A DNA stretch of 39,716 nucleotides, taken from assembly GCF_001194135.2 (NCBI RefSeq), contig NC_068981.1:150341503-150381218 (forward strand), in the 5' to 3' direction. A program made the position numbers and the translations under genes. Under the pieces are notes generated by a model that saw only the letters and a program-made list of their open reading frames with translations, was not told where the DNA came from and made no database searches. Source of the stretch: Octopus bimaculoides. Its lineage: Eukaryota. Shown here in pieces: positions 1-14,370 of the stretch. Numbering within the stretch: the stretch's first letter is position 1; every line of letters starts with the position of its first letter.

Positions 1-300
1 TATATATATACATATTTACTCTCTACTCATTCAAGTACTCGACAACGCGGAAGTCTGCATCCTTAGTGTTGAACTAATATGAGTCTTTAATAAAACAAAA
101 ATCGCATATATATATATATATATATATATACGACAAGAAGAAAATGGAGGGGATCCAGAGGTAGTATGCATCAACTGTTAGACATTATATTATGTCTATT
201 TATTTATTTTAAACAATTATGAGAATATAAATACATATGTAAAGAATGTGTTTTATATACATAAGTATCAGTAATTTCTAGAATAGAAAAAGAACAGTAT

Positions 301-312
301 ATATATACATAC

Positions 313-347
<35 letters not shown>

Positions 348-433
348 TGTATGTATGTGTATGTATACGTATGTGTGCATGGAGATTGAAAGAGATAGTT
401 AGAGAGAGAGACAGAAAGAAAAAGAAAGAGTGT

Positions 434-487
<54 letters not shown>
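301..487. repeat. Microsatellite cluster (ATGT)n followed by (AG)n
   Basis: Direct reading; explains ORFs 278..511 and 323..541. Confidence 0.95.
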
Positions 488-490
<3 letters not shown>

Positions 491-999
491 ATGGCAGAGC
501 GAAAATATCAAAAATTTATTGGTGTGAAAATAAAATTGTAAATTTTAAGAGACATTATCGGCATATCTCAGAGGATAGAGTTAGTTTTCTCGTCAAATTC
601 AAGTAGTTATTCTCACTATCGATTCTCTAAAATATAAATCTTCCGTGAAAGAGTCAAATTATCAGATTCACGCAGAAGGTGGAATGAATGGTGTAAACGA
701 GGTCAGCTTCCTACAACCGAGCTGCTCACCCATGTTTCCATTTCTAAATCATGATACTTCTCAATACTGATTCATAAGCAGGTAAAAATGCCTTAAATAT
801 AGGTAAAATAGTCAAGTATTCATGGAACTGGTAATTTATTTTCTTGACCACTGAAAAATGAAGGACAAATTGGACAAATGAAAGGGAAATCCAAGGAGAT
901 ACAAACCCAAAATATAAAATGTTCTAACTTAATACCACAAGTTATTTTGCCTGGCGCTCTAACGATGCTGCCAACCTATCTCTCGTCTGTCACTACACT

Positions 1000-1210
1000 A
1001 CACGTTTTTTTTAGGCTGGAGCATATCCCATCTGCCATGGCGTACAAGCGACATCAGATACAACATCTGTTTCCCACCCCACGGAAAGGGATACCAGTCC
1101 ATCGCAGGATCAATCCCTTAATTTAGCTGGTGCTCATTTTCAGCCGAGTGGACTGACACGAGGTGAAATAAATACAACACTTCGCTTTGTCTGCGTATCG
1201 AAACCATGGT
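1000..1210 (-). mobile_element. Degenerate SINE fragment, V/CORE-like body
   Basis: Minus strand reads CAGTCCACTCGGCTGAAAATGAG...CCTGCGATGGACTGGTATCCC, resembling conserved SINE central and 3' motifs; head eroded. Confidence 0.45.
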
Positions 1211-1250
1211 TTAACAATAGCAACTACGAATCCCTAACTACAAGACTACT

Positions 1251-1585
1251 GTTTAACTGTTTAACTGTTTAACTTGTTTCAGTCATTTGACTGTGGTAAT
1301 GATGGAGCACCGCCGTTAGTCGAGAAAATCGACGCCAGGACTTATTCTTTGTAAGCCTAGTACTTATTCTATCGGTCTCTTTTGCCGAACCGCTATGTTA
1401 CGGGGACGTAAACACACCAGCATCGGTCGTCAAGCGATGTTGGGGGGACAAACACAGACACACATACACACATATATATACATATACATATATACGACGG
1501 GCTTCTTTCAGTTTCCGTCTACCAAATCCACTCACAAGGCTTTGGTCGGCCCGAGGCTATAGTAGAAGACACTTGCCCAAGGTGC
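1251..1585 (-). mobile_element. CORE-type tRNA SINE (head lost in the N gap)
   Basis: Minus strand has the MIR/CORE-like GCACCTTGGGCAAGTGTCTTCTACTATAGCCTCGG and ends ...CAGTCAAATGACTGAAACAAG with a (CAGTTAAA)n tail. The same family recurs at 9167 and 27432. Confidence 0.85.
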
Positions 1586-1896
1586 NNNNNNNNNNTCTCT
1601 ATAGCAATCTAGAGCAAGAGTAACTTGATTTACTAGTTAGACTGATTATTAGTAGCTATTCCAAAATCTCAATGAAGTCTAACATAGTGTAAAAACAAAA
1701 GAGTATGCAACAACACTTTAATATCTATATTATCATAAAACTCTAGGAAATTTCCTGGATATTAAATCATTGAAATGTAATTTATCCTCAACAATTCAAA
1801 ATCATTTCATGTAGAAGAAATTAATTTTCTATAGAACAATATTTGCATTCACATAGTGCACTTAACCAATTTGAAAAGTATACATATAATAATAAT

Positions 1897-2104
1897 GATT
1901 TCGAAATTTGGCACAAGGCCAGTAATTTTGAAGTGGGGCAGTAAATCGATTACATTCACCTCCAGGATTCAACCAGTACTTATTTTATTGACCCTAAAAT
2001 GATAAAAGGCAGAGTCGATCTCGGAAGAATTTGAAGTCAAAATGTAAAGACGGACGAAATGCCGTTAAGCATCTTGCCCAGCATGCTATCGATTCTGCCA
2101 GCTC
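1897..2104 (-). mobile_element. tRNA-derived SINE, cluster 1 copy 1 (TTTGAAA-type 3' end)
   Basis: Head GAGCTGGCAGAATCG and body homologous to GTCGACTTTGCCTTTCATCC; about 210 bp. Confidence 0.85.
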
Positions 2105-2126
2105 TGATAATAATTATAGTAATAAT

Positions 2127-2336
2127 CCTTTCTACTGGAGGCACAAGGCCTCAAATTTATGGGGAGGGGCAAGTCGATTACATCGACCCCAGTGTTCAAC
2201 TGGTACTTATTCTATCGTCTCCGAAAGGATGAAAAGCAAAGTCAACTTCAGCAGAATTTTGAACTCAGAACATAAAGACAGACGAAATGCTGCTAAGCAA
2301 TTTGCCTGGCGTGCTACCGATTCTGCCAACTCGCCT
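2127..2336 (-). mobile_element. tRNA-derived SINE, cluster 1 copy 2 (GTAGAAAGG-type 3' end)
   Basis: A-box-like TGGCAGAATCGGTAG, B-box-like GAGTTCAAAATTC, shared body. Confidence 0.9.
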
Positions 2337-2349
2337 GAATAATAATAAT

Positions 2350-2562
2350 CCTTTCTACTATAGGGACAAAGCCTAAAATTTGAGGGGAGGGACTAGTCGA
2401 TTACTTCGACCCTAGTGTTTCACTGGTACTTAATTTATCGAACCCGAAAGGGTGTAGGGCAATGTCGACATTAAGGAAATTTGAACTCAGAACGTAGTGA
2501 CGGGCGAAATACCGATTAGCATTTCGCCCGGCGTGCCAACGAGTCTGCCAGCTCGCCGCCTT
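2350..2562 (-). mobile_element. tRNA-derived SINE, cluster 1 copy 3 (GTAGAAAGG-type 3' end)
   Basis: Full head AAGGCGGCGAGCTGGCAG, B box GAGTTCAAATTTCC. Confidence 0.9.
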
Positions 2563-2565
2563 AAC

Positions 2566-2607
<42 letters not shown>

Positions 2608-2820
2608 TTCTACTCTAGGCACAAAGCCCGACGTTTTGGGGGACGGGGGGTCAGTCGATTACATCGACTTCAGCACGCAACTAGTACTTAATTTATCGAC
2701 CCCGAAAGGATGAAAAGCAAAGTCGACCTCGGTGCTATTTGAACTCACAACGTAGCGACGGGCGAAATACTGCTAAGCATTTCGTCCAGTGTGTTAACGA
2801 TTCTGCCAGCTCACTATCTT
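2608..2820 (-). mobile_element. tRNA-derived SINE, cluster 1 copy 4 (GTAGAA-type 3' end)
   Basis: Body GAGGTCGACTTTGCTTTTCATCCTTTCGGGGTCGATAAATTAAGTACTAG. Confidence 0.9.
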
Positions 2821-2838
2821 AACAATAATAATTATAAA

Positions 2839-3302
<464 letters not shown>

Positions 3303-3932
3303 NNNNNNNNNNNNNNNNNNNNNNNNNNNNNNNNNNNNNNNNNNNNNNNNNNNNNNNNNNNNNNNNNNNNNNNNNNNNNNNNNNNNNNNNNNNNNNNNNN
3401 NNNNNNNNNNNNNNNNNNNNNNNNNNNNNNNNNNNNNNNNNNNNNNNNNNNNNNNNNNNNNNNNNNNNNNNNNNNNNNNNNNNNNNNNNNNNNNNNNNNN
3501 NNNNNNNNNNNNNNNNNNNNNNNNNNNNNNNNNNNNNNNNNNNNNNNNNNNNNNNNNNNNNNNNNNNNNNNNNNNNNNNNNNNNNNNNNNNNNNNNNNNN
3601 NNNNNNNNNNNNNNNNNNNNNNNNNNNNNNNNNNNNNNNNNNNNNNNNNNNNNNNNNNNNNNNNNNNNNNNNNNNNNNNNNNNNNNNNNNNNNNNNNNNN
3701 NNNNNNNNNNNNNNNNNNNNNNNNNNNNNNNNNNNNNNNNNNNNNNNNNNNNNNNNNNNNNNNNNNNNNNNNNNNNNNNNNNNNNNNNNNNNNNNNNNNN
3801 NNNNNNNNNNNNNNNNNNNNNNNNNNNNNNNNNNNNNNNNNNNNNNNNNNNNNNNNNNNNNNNNNNNNNNNNNNNNNNNNNNNNNNNNNNNNNNNNNNNN
3901 NNNNNNNNNNNNNNNNNNNNNNNNNNNNNNNN

Positions 3933-4026
<94 letters not shown>

Positions 4027-4046
4027 TGATGATGATGATGATGATG

Positions 4047-4119
<73 letters not shown>

Positions 4120-4121
4120 TA
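3933..4121. repeat. (AAT)n with internal (GAT)n block
   Basis: Direct reading; lies just 3' of the gap following the RLE fragment. Confidence 0.97.
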
Positions 4122-4398
4122 ACAAACAAACAAATTGACGTGTCATTGAATCAAACCTTTCCGATTAAATATCGACATTGTTAAGCTGTATAGAATATAG
4201 TTTATTGATGCAAGCTAAATGGGCTTTAAATCACTGAAGCTCAACGCTATGACCTACTTTACGAACAACTTGTATTGACTTCAATATTGATCTACTGTAA
4301 AAGATCACATAGACTGAAAGATCTAATCGACAATTTTCCTTTCCTATCTGAATGTGATTTCTAAACAGTGTTTTTAACTTGATAGTTTTTGCCTGACA

Positions 4399-4431
<33 letters not shown>

Positions 4432-5469
4432 NNNNNNNNNNNNNNNNNNNNNNNNNNNNNNNNNNNNNNNNNNNNNNNNNNNNNNNNNNNNNNNNNNNNN
4501 NNNNNNNNNNNNNNNNNNNNNNNNNNNNNNNNNNNNNNNNNNNNNNNNNNNNNNNNNNNNNNNNNNNNNNNNNNNNNNNNNNNNNNNNNNNNNNNNNNNN
4601 NNNNNNNNNNNNNNNNNNNNNNNNNNNNNNNNNNNNNNNNNNNNNNNNNNNNNNNNNNNNNNNNNNNNNNNNNNNNNNNNNNNNNNNNNNNNNNNNNNNN
4701 NNNNNNNNNNNNNNNNNNNNNNNNNNNNNNNNNNNNNNNNNNNNNNNNNNNNNNNNNNNNNNNNNNNNNNNNNNNNNNNNNNNNNNNNNNNNNNNNNNNN
4801 NNNNNNNNNNNNNNNNNNNNNNNNNNNNNNNNNNNNNNNNNNNNNNNNNNNNNNNNNNNNNNNNNNNNNNNNNNNNNNNNNNNNNNNNNNNNNNNNNNNN
4901 NNNNNNNNNNNNNNNNNNNNNNNNNNNNNNNNNNNNNNNNNNNNNNNNNNNNNNNNNNNNNNNNNNNNNNNNNNNNNNNNNNNNNNNNNNNNNNNNNNNN
5001 NNNNNNNNNNNNNNNNNNNNNNNNNNNNNNNNNNNNNNNNNNNNNNNNNNNNNNNNNNNNNNNNNNNNNNNNNNNNNNNNNNNNNNNNNNNNNNNNNNNN
5101 NNNNNNNNNNNNNNNNNNNNNNNNNNNNNNNNNNNNNNNNNNNNNNNNNNNNNNNNNNNNNNNNNNNNNNNNNNNNNNNNNNNNNNNNNNNNNNNGTCTG
5201 AATCGGAAAAAAAAGCTACATGTTTGTTTGTTTTTTTTTAATGTGGTTACTGACCGGAAAAATATAGAATTCTAACGTTTCGGGCAGTATTATCAAGAGA
5301 GTACACACAATCATACATCACAAATCACAAGCGCGCGCGCACACACACACACACATACACACACACACACACACACAAGCACAAACAGGCACACACATAT
5401 ATGTATATATATATACAGACAAAGAGAAACAGACAGAGAGTGTGTGTGAGTCACAGAGAGAGAGGAAGG

Positions 5470-5527
<58 letters not shown>

Positions 5528-7032
5528 GAGAGAAGGTGTGAGACCTGTGTGTATAAAGGATAGTTCAAGCATGCGGAGGAATAGAGTCTACAGAATATTG
5601 AATATGCAGGCTGATGTAGTTAAATAAGCAAGCAGTAACAATTTACTAAGTTTCGGTGTCCCATAAATCATGTGTTTATGTGTGTGTATATATTATACAT
5701 ATACACATGTTTGATATTATATACATATCTACATATACATGCGTCTGTGTGTATATTTGTGTGTACATATGTATAAGTGTGTATCTGTACATATATAGGT
5801 GTATCATTAACTCTCCTTGTTCAACGGGATTCTAAAATATTGAGCAAAGATAATTTCCGTAAATCCATATACATACTGTTATCTACTGCCACCATAAGTA
5901 TCTCTTTAACGGAATCCTTAAATGACAGGCCCCCATTTTTTTTTTCCAGAATTAGACGGTATTAAAATATCACGTTACTGTTACTTCTTCATTATAATTC
6001 TAGATTATATAAAGTTAATGTTAATGAAGTTACATGAAAAATTCTTTTACGAATCATCTTCTATAAAACTAGATCGTTTATACGTTGATATACTTACACA
6101 TTAAACATCATAAAATTGCTTAAACATGCACGGTCCACAACTGTATAACATGCTTATCGCACAAACCAGCGGCAATCAGCTTTGAAATATATTCTCACAT
6201 AAATTCTAATCGGAATTTAATATGTATAAACTATATATATATAATACATGTAGTAAAATTTACAAAAAGCTCCTACGCCTGTGACGAACCATAAGATTTC
6301 GAAAGTTTGAGTTGTAATGTAAATATGTAATATTCAGCGCTTAATAATTATTATATACCGCAACATTGCACCTTTACCGGCGTTTATATATACCTACATA
6401 TATATATATGCAAAAAATTACTCGAAATCGTTGTTAGAGTATACGCGTAAGTGAAGTGAAGACTGGCTAGTTTCTATTGGAATCGAGTCGTATTGGTTGT
6501 AATAATGAAGTCAGACCAAATAGTAATATTTTGAAATCATTCAAAACGTGCATTTGAAGTTTTCATAATATAAAACAGGAAAGGCATCCATTATTATTAC
6601 AACTAATATGACTCGTTGTACAAACAAGTCGGTCTTGACGTTACTTATGCGGATATTACAACAACGATTTTAAGTAGTTTGTTATATTTTACTCGAGTCG
6701 GAGATGTTGGTTTCGTACACCACATCTTAGGGTAAAACGAAATACTAACATATATATAAAGATACGTGTGAAGACATTTTGTTAAGTGAGAATTGTGTTA
6801 AATCTGCGAAAATTAACGCAATATCGTACGTAACTGAAATATTAATTCAACTTTTAAAAATGCAATTTTTAATGCTATACTTCCACTTTGACAAATTGCT
6901 GTAGAAGAAAATAACAAATACACAAACTTTGTACGCACGTAAATATGTACGCATTCATATCTGGACAAATATATAGACACATATACACATCTACACACAC
7001 TTACATGTATGTATGAATGTATGTATCTGTCA

Positions 7033-7250
7033 TGTATGTATGTATGTATGTATGTATGTAGGTAGGTAGGTAGGTAGGCAGGCAGGCAGGTAGGTAGGTA
7101 GGTAGGCAGGCAGGCAGGCAGGCAGGTAGGTAGGTAGGTAGGTAGGTAGGTAGGTAGGTATGCATGTATGCATGTATGCATGTATGTAAGTATGTTTGTA
7201 TGTGTGTATGTGCGTAAGTATGTTTGTATGTATGTATGTATGTATGTAAT
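7033..7250. repeat. Compound tetranucleotide array (ATGT)n-(AGGT)n/(AGGC)n-(ATGC/ATGT)n
   Basis: Direct reading; all units stay in one 4-bp register. Confidence 0.95.
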
Positions 7251-8201
7251 GTATTTATTCATTCTCAATACCATTCTAGTAGATCCGAGCATGTATGTGC
7301 TGATCACTATTGTATTTAGTCAATGGAGAGCATCTCACCTTAATCGATCTGTGTACAGGCAGATTGTAATGAAAGCAAATAGAGACGTTGTTGTTTGGAC
7401 TCTCTCTGCTCTGCAGTGCACATCATGAATTAAAAGAGAAAGGGATGGATAGGAACGATAGATATAAATTTACAGATAGACCGAAACAATGATTTATGTA
7501 CATAGTAGCAACTGAATGCATGTTGATCTTCAAAAACCTGCGGAGATATATTATATAATTTCCTTGATGCTGCTTTTATAAGTGTACATCTAGTTTTTGT
7601 AGGTTTGTGTAGAATCAAAGGTACACCGGTCGTATACAATTGTATAACTGACCATCAATCGTACTACACTAAAGTTCTATCTAATTTTTTACAATATCAT
7701 CATTACGAATCACTTCTAAAAGTTGTGAAAGTTATAATATCGATCTATTTGAGCTCCGTTGCTGCGGGGAGAAAATATGATAGCTAGGAAAGTGTAAGAG
7801 GGTAAGTACATATTGTTTTCTTTTATACCCTTTTGCAACATATCAATCCAGACAACCAACTCACTCTAAAACATGCTTTTGTGTATTGCTTCAGATTTGT
7901 TCAAACTGATATTACGCATCTTTGATGTTATAGGAAATCCATTGGTGCAATGTTTGTGCTTGTGCATGTGTGTATGAAGTAGAATGAAAATAAAGTTTGT
8001 TCGTCTTTAGTGAGTTGCAATCTCAAAGAGTGAGTGCGTTTATTTAGAAAATTTAATTCTCTTCTTATACTCATATATATTTCATATATATTCACGTACG
8101 TGTATGTATGTATGTATGTATGCATATATAAACAAGTATGTATATGTGCATGCATGTGGAATTCGTATATATGTATGTGTATTTATGAATATATATACAT
8201 G

Positions 8202-8242
<41 letters not shown>

Positions 8243-8857
8243 GTGTAAGTGTGTACAAGTAAGAGCAAGTGTGTATACTATATGTACACAAAGTAAGAAA
8301 GTTCCCCTATTGCATGGTTTGGTTATAACAGACGGAGTTTTTACGCCAATATTTTTATATTGATATACAAGTATTTACAATTTCTTCCATTGATTGTAGA
8401 AACAGAAACATTAAGAAATGGTAGAAGTGAAAATGTGATGAATTCTAATCATAAATAACTTTTATAAGTTCGCGTATAGCAAATCTTTGCATTTCTTTAT
8501 GCATTCGTTAAAATTCATTATGTATTTTTTTTTTGTCTAGTTATCTAAATAGAAAGTGTGATAAAAAAAATACACAAATATGCTAATGACTCGTGGAATA
8601 ATCATTTGACAATTACACGGTTTCCAAATTTGTCTACATTTTAATTTGGTACTTCTGAATTTTCAAAATCCCACCCGAGGTCGAGTAAGACAATTCCATT
8701 CACTCTGCGGGGAGAACAGGTTCTTTGGCAGTCTGTCTACTAGTCTCATCTTCATATTTAACATTACCTTCCTAGTCTTTCTTTACAAAATTTTACGCAG
8801 GTAAGTCCTCTGAAACCACCTTGAAGCTTTTTCTCGATTTTGATCGCTTTCTTGTGC

Positions 8858-8889
<32 letters not shown>

Positions 8890-9166
8890 NNNNNNNNNNN
8901 NNNNNNNNNNNNNNNNNNNNNNNNNNNNNNNNNNNNNNNNNNNNNNNNNNNNNNNNNNNNNNNNNNNNNNNNNNNNNNNNNNNNNNNNNNNNNNNNNNNN
9001 NNNNNNNNNNNNNNNNNNNNNNNNNNNNNNNNNNNNNNNNNNNNNNNNNNNNNNNNNNNNNNNNNNNNNNNNNNNNNNNNNNNNNNNNNNNNNNNNNNNN
9101 NNNNNNNNNNNNNNNNNNNNNNNNNNNNNNNNNNNNNNNNNNNNNNNNNNNNNNNNNNNNNNNNNN

Positions 9167-9402
9167 TGTGTGTGTGTGTCTGTGTGTGTGTGTGTGTCTG
9201 TGTGTCTGTGTTTGTCCTCCCACTCACACCATCGCTTGACATCGTTTACGACCCCTAACTTCGCGATTTGGCAAAAAGAGACTGATAGAATAAGTTTTAA
9301 GCTTACATAGAAAAAGTCCTGGGGTCGGTTTTGTTCGACTCAAGGCAGCGCTCCAGCATGACTGCAGTCAAATGACTGAAACAAATAAAAGAATAAAAGA
9401 AT
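9167..9402 (+). mobile_element. 3' half of CORE-type SINE (family of 1251-1585)
   Basis: GCGCTCCAGCATGACTGCAGTCAAATGACTGAAACAAATAAAAGAATAAAAGAATA end; homologous to the reverse complement of about 1275-1460. Confidence 0.8.
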
Positions 9403-10139
9403 ATAACTGATGAGAAAGAATGGCACGAAGTTTTTTTTTTACTTTTGTGTTAAGCATTTATTATTGAAACTTTATTCGTGTGACGAGTGAAGTAACGCTT
9501 CATTAAAAGGGTAAGATCTAGTGGGGGAAAATTCGGTTTTGATCAATATTACTAACAGTAAATGCAAATTTAGAGAGAAGAGAAGTGGATATCTAGTTTG
9601 AGAATTAGCCAGTGATTAAATGATATTTGTGTTATATCTAGTTTATTTAATGTGAATGATCTTTTAATCTGTTGTGAAACGATTCGGATTTTGTTAATTA
9701 AAAGTGAAGCATTAAGTCGTATCTGCACCTTACTTTATATGTTCCATATCATAGAGACTACAAACGCTTGACAAATACTTTTTGACAACTAAATTCATTA
9801 TTTAAGTACTTCAATATAGAAATAGATATTTTAGCACTAAAAGGGATCTTGTAGTTATAAGTTGTGTATACAAAAGGTCTGATTGATGCATGTTAGAAGT
9901 GCCATTTAAGTAATATTTCAATCACTTCAGTTTATTTTCAACGACCAATATATACTAGCCATTTTGGTGTAAGTTGTTGAGAAAAAGCCAAAGAGCAAAT
10001 TTTTGAGCAAAATAAGAAACACGAAAAAAAATAAATATCACCAACAAAGTGAACGTATTATGTCGTGAACAAATGTGAGAGCTATTGACGTTTCGGACAA
10101 TTTATTCTTCAACTAGAAAAAGAAGAGAAAAATTGTGAG

Positions 10140-10900
10140 ACTAAAGTACATAGGTAATCCAATCAATTTGGTGAATAATGATAGATCAGAAGCAGGCTAT
10201 GATTTACAGTTCCAGGCAGAGGTAAATGAAATGGGAGATGATTGAATATACAGAAAAAATGCGTGAGCGTGTTTAAGTCGAATAGCTAGTAGGATATATG
10301 GGGATGTTAGGCGGTGAAAAATGATGTGAGATGCTATGGATATAATACCATCTTTATATGAACGAGTGTAGAAGAGTATACGAGTGGGATTGTGGGTAAC
10401 GATAATAAACGATTTTCGATGCTAACGTAAACGGCGTGACAGAAGGGAGATTAGGTGAATCTTCTTGTGTAGACATTTATTGGATTGAGGGTATAAGAGG
10501 AAAGGTAACTAATTATTCGCACCTCAAGGATTGGCTCTCACACATGTCTGAAAATCAAGAGATAATTCGCGAAGTGGTTGAAGAAATTTAGCTCCATGCT
10601 GCAACGGAAAACAACAAGGTGGAGTGGCTTCGAGACTTGGATTGGAGCCCAGTATATGTGAATGAGTCAGTGCTATTGAGGTTTAAATATTCAAATAGAT
10701 ATTAAACCCCAGCCTGCAATCTTACTAACTTGCTAAAACTGCCCTCAAAATAAAGCCAGACCAGAGTTCAGATCTAATCAGTTGCTGAGATTCCGCAGTT
10801 GTCCACATTTGATCCATCTTAGGCAACGTCCCATATAGGAAAAGTGGGTGCAACCTCTACCCACAGTCATACTAGAAGCTTCCAAAAATATTACTCACTC
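10140..10900 (-). mobile_element. Highly decayed CR1/L2-like LINE, 3' part of ORF2
   Basis: Interrupted minus-strand frames give SFTY-LG-like, DSIQ/LSHRR-like and terminal SAWN..PASDLSLFTK-like segments typical of CR1-group C-termini. Many stops; eyeball match only. Confidence 0.45.
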
Positions 10901-13619
10901 ATGTCATGGAACTAGTCACAATAATAAGTTATGATTCTTCTAACATTCTAGTAAATAGAAAGACAATGCTGTCAAATAAAATCCATACATTCAATAAATT
11001 TCGCCATAAGGACGCCAATATGTTTGCTGTTTTGTGATAAAACTATTTCATTAAACTTTTAAAAGTAACGTATTTGACAAATGTATATTTTATGTTTCAT
11101 TTTCTATTCCTCATAAAACCGTGAAAATAAATCAACATAAATCTTTTATTGTTCTTATTTAGGCCACAAAATCAGAATGATTCCAGTTATAACCCTGGTA
11201 TATTACTAGACTTCTCGGACTGCATTATTGAATGTTTCATTTCTTTGGAAAGATGATAGGGTGAGATTTGATAGAAGTTTGCCTGCTGCCTTGTGGGTAG
11301 AACAACCGCGTAGCTATCCATTGTTGGAGGGCATTGATGCTGCCATGTTGGCTGCAGAATAAAATGATATTCCTAATAAACTACAATGCAAACCCTCTTC
11401 CTCTTCCTAATGTAGCCTTTTGAATTTATTTCAGACATCCAGAAAACTATGTGCATTATATCATCTTTTTACTTGTAACTATGAAACGTTGAATCCCTAC
11501 ATGGATCAGTTTCATGTGTGCATTTGCGTGTGTGTGCGCAACCGTGCGTCTGCATGAATGTGTGTATATATGTTGTGTAAAATGTGGCAGTGTGTCTGCT
11601 AAATTTATAATATAGTTCTTTCATATCTTGGATGCATTAAAAGAATAAATGTATCGATTCCAGTAAAATATATTGAACGCCTGCACAGTATATTACATTT
11701 CTTTTTCTTGTTTCTCGCCCCTCCTACTCTCGTTATCCATCTCTTTTTCTCTTTATCTTATATCTGTATGTATATAACAAAAATAAGCGAAAACGTGTAG
11801 CTCTAAACGGCCCGTGACATGACTTTGGATAGCAAGAAAAAAGAAAAGGGAAACTAACTACTAAGCTACATAAAAAGGGCATATTTTTGATGTACTGAAA
11901 TTACCAAATCATCGAGAAAATGGAAAACATGCACCTAGCAGCAATTGCAGCTGACTCCTAATGAATATAGGCGTGCGTGCCAGCATGTATGTGTGTGGTG
12001 TGTATGTATGTGTGTGTGTTTGTGTGTGTTGCCTGTGTTTGTGTGTACGTGGGTATGTAGATTTTGTAAATTTCATTAATTCATTAATTCCCTTAAAGTA
12101 ACAAGTGTGAAAGTATAAATAGAATGGCTTATTTGTTTTATTGTTGATATTTAGACCCAGGTCAACCACGGGGAATCGGATTTATAATCAAAGGTTTCCC
12201 CAGAGAAATAAAGCATTCGTTTACCAGAGGCTACGTTGTTCTGTTTCTATTTCTTTATTAAAAGTAATAGATCTTTTGAGCCATAGATCGAACAACCTAT
12301 GGCACAAATTCTTTGAACTGCAGTTACTCTTGTATAGTCACAGTTCAACCTTAGTCGAAGAACCTATGAGCAAAAACATGTCAGCTGTGAGCATCATGTC
12401 TATTTGTAAGACTTAAAGAAATTACTGTTCTGTTCTCGCTGAAATTTTTTTTCTAGTCTCTTCTAACTAAAGCATTAAAATCATTTAGAAGGAAAATGAC
12501 AGCGCTCAAAAGTCTTTGCCAAAGTCACATGACTGGTGGCAGGAATATATCCTCAAACAGACAATATGAACCAAATATTTGCAATAAAGTAAGCTCTACT
12601 AAATACAGAAAGGTTAGACAGTTGATGGTATTTAATCAGGTGACGGATTAAGTGTATATCATGCAATATTCTGCACGCATTTTAAAACAATTTAATGTGA
12701 TCCGACAGAGATTTAATTGCTATTTCTGAAAAGCTGAATGACCACGTGTAGGTTCCCTTGTTGGTTCCATCCTTCTAAGTATTTTTCTTCTTTTATCTTT
12801 TATCCATTTTCTTACCAGCTATTTATGTTTGCGTGAAAGTTAAATTAGCAGAAACAACTCCAGTCGTTTGCAGTACCGAAATTTCCCATGGTGCTTAAGG
12901 CACTGATGTCGGTTAATTGCTATAAGGAAAACTCTGAAAACGAAAGAAATCAAAACCAACTATAGCCAGCTTGGTTGTTTGGAAACTATATATAAGTCAA
13001 TAGCGAAAATGTTGTTGTCGAGAAAATTCGCTGCTTTGATAAAATGATGATTATAATAAAAAACCTGAATATAAAGAGCATTACACTGTGAATAGATTAG
13101 CTTTCGGCACTGTAAACTACGAAACATCGATTACCTAAGAGTTCAACACGCCACCACCATTATTTCCATTACATGTTCTGCTGTAAGGCAAATGATTTTC
13201 AAGGCTTCATGCAAGACACAACACAGCAGTAAGTTTGCCGTTAAGAAATTAAGTTAGCGGCATATTTATTATTGGTATGTTATTTCCTGGAGCGTTGAGA
13301 TTTTTCAGTAATTTTTACGAAAATACTTTTCAATTTTGAAGACTCCAGAAACTTTCGAAAATTACTGATTTCTGTTCATAAAACGAGCAAAGTTCTGAAT
13401 TGCAACTTCTATTATTACAGAAATTTATTTTTTTAAACAAATATTAGTCACGATTCTCTATTTAATGGAATGCTATTGCTAATATCTATTATTAATTCAT
13501 AACTACAAGACTTTAATATGATACGCGAACAATAATGTGTAGAATAGACACGCTTTGACTACATATAAAGCCACGTCGGCAAAGTATACACAGCGAGTGG
13601 TCAGCTGCTGATATTGTGA

Positions 13620-14370
13620 GTAACACTCCGTTGATCACATGTAATTCTTTAAAAATAGTGTAGGCTATGAACAACTCAAATGAGATGCGTAGGGAAGGTA
13701 CATTCTAGGATGAGATATGAACGAAGACTTTAGTGTTGATTTGACTTAGATATAGAGAGGTAAAATCCATGGTACCACTGTTGAAAATTTGGAATTGCTA
13801 GAAAGGAAATGTGCACCTACGACAACGGTTAGCACTCAACGAAAAAAGAGTATCCACTCCCAAAACATGAGTACAACCGAGAAAACTTATGCACTGCGTT
13901 TGACGGGATATGAAAAGTGGCGTCTACCATGAAGTGCTTCACTAAAACGAGAGTTAATCCAGAGAAATATTGTCGTCAATTGTAAGTGTTGCACAAGAAT
14001 TTCCAGAAAAAGTCCTCCCCCCACACACACACTGGTCAATCGTCAAAGGATACCGCAAGACCACATATTGCCCAAGTCATTCAGAAAAGTATTATGTCAC
14101 AACATTATGGAATTTTTGCCTCAATGTATACGCTCTCGTTTTATTTACTCTCATTCTATTTGTTCTCCTGACCATCATCTGAGTACCATATTTTCAGCTG
14201 ATTACAAAATTTAGAGGGAAAACAAATTATTAATTGGTAAGAAGGTAAAAATTATATAGAGTGTTTCTTTGCCTAAGACCTAGAAGACGTTTATGCCTGG
14301 GGGATAACACAATTTACCAGATAAATGGGATTATGTTATCAATAATGATGGAACATATTTGCTTGATTAT
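13620..14370 (+). mobile_element. Decayed Tc1/mariner (mariner-type) transposase
   Basis: Broken frames give NEDFSVD, PRKLMHCV*RDMKSGVYHEVL (WWD-like), VNPEKYCRQL, DTARPHIAQVIQKSI (HDNARPH motif) and C-terminal HNLPDKWDYVINNDGTY. TIRs not resolved. Confidence 0.85.

Noticed and set aside
7762-8716. Shared 12-mer CTGCGGGGAGAA near 7762 and 8705
   Set aside because: Exact 12-mer matches are expected by chance in a window this size; flanks do not align.
8703-8806. Plus-strand CAG|GTAAGT donor after a TM-like peptide (FFGSLSTSLIFIFNITFLVFLYKILR)
   Set aside because: No convincing acceptor or matching downstream exon; the GPCR-like look is not specific.
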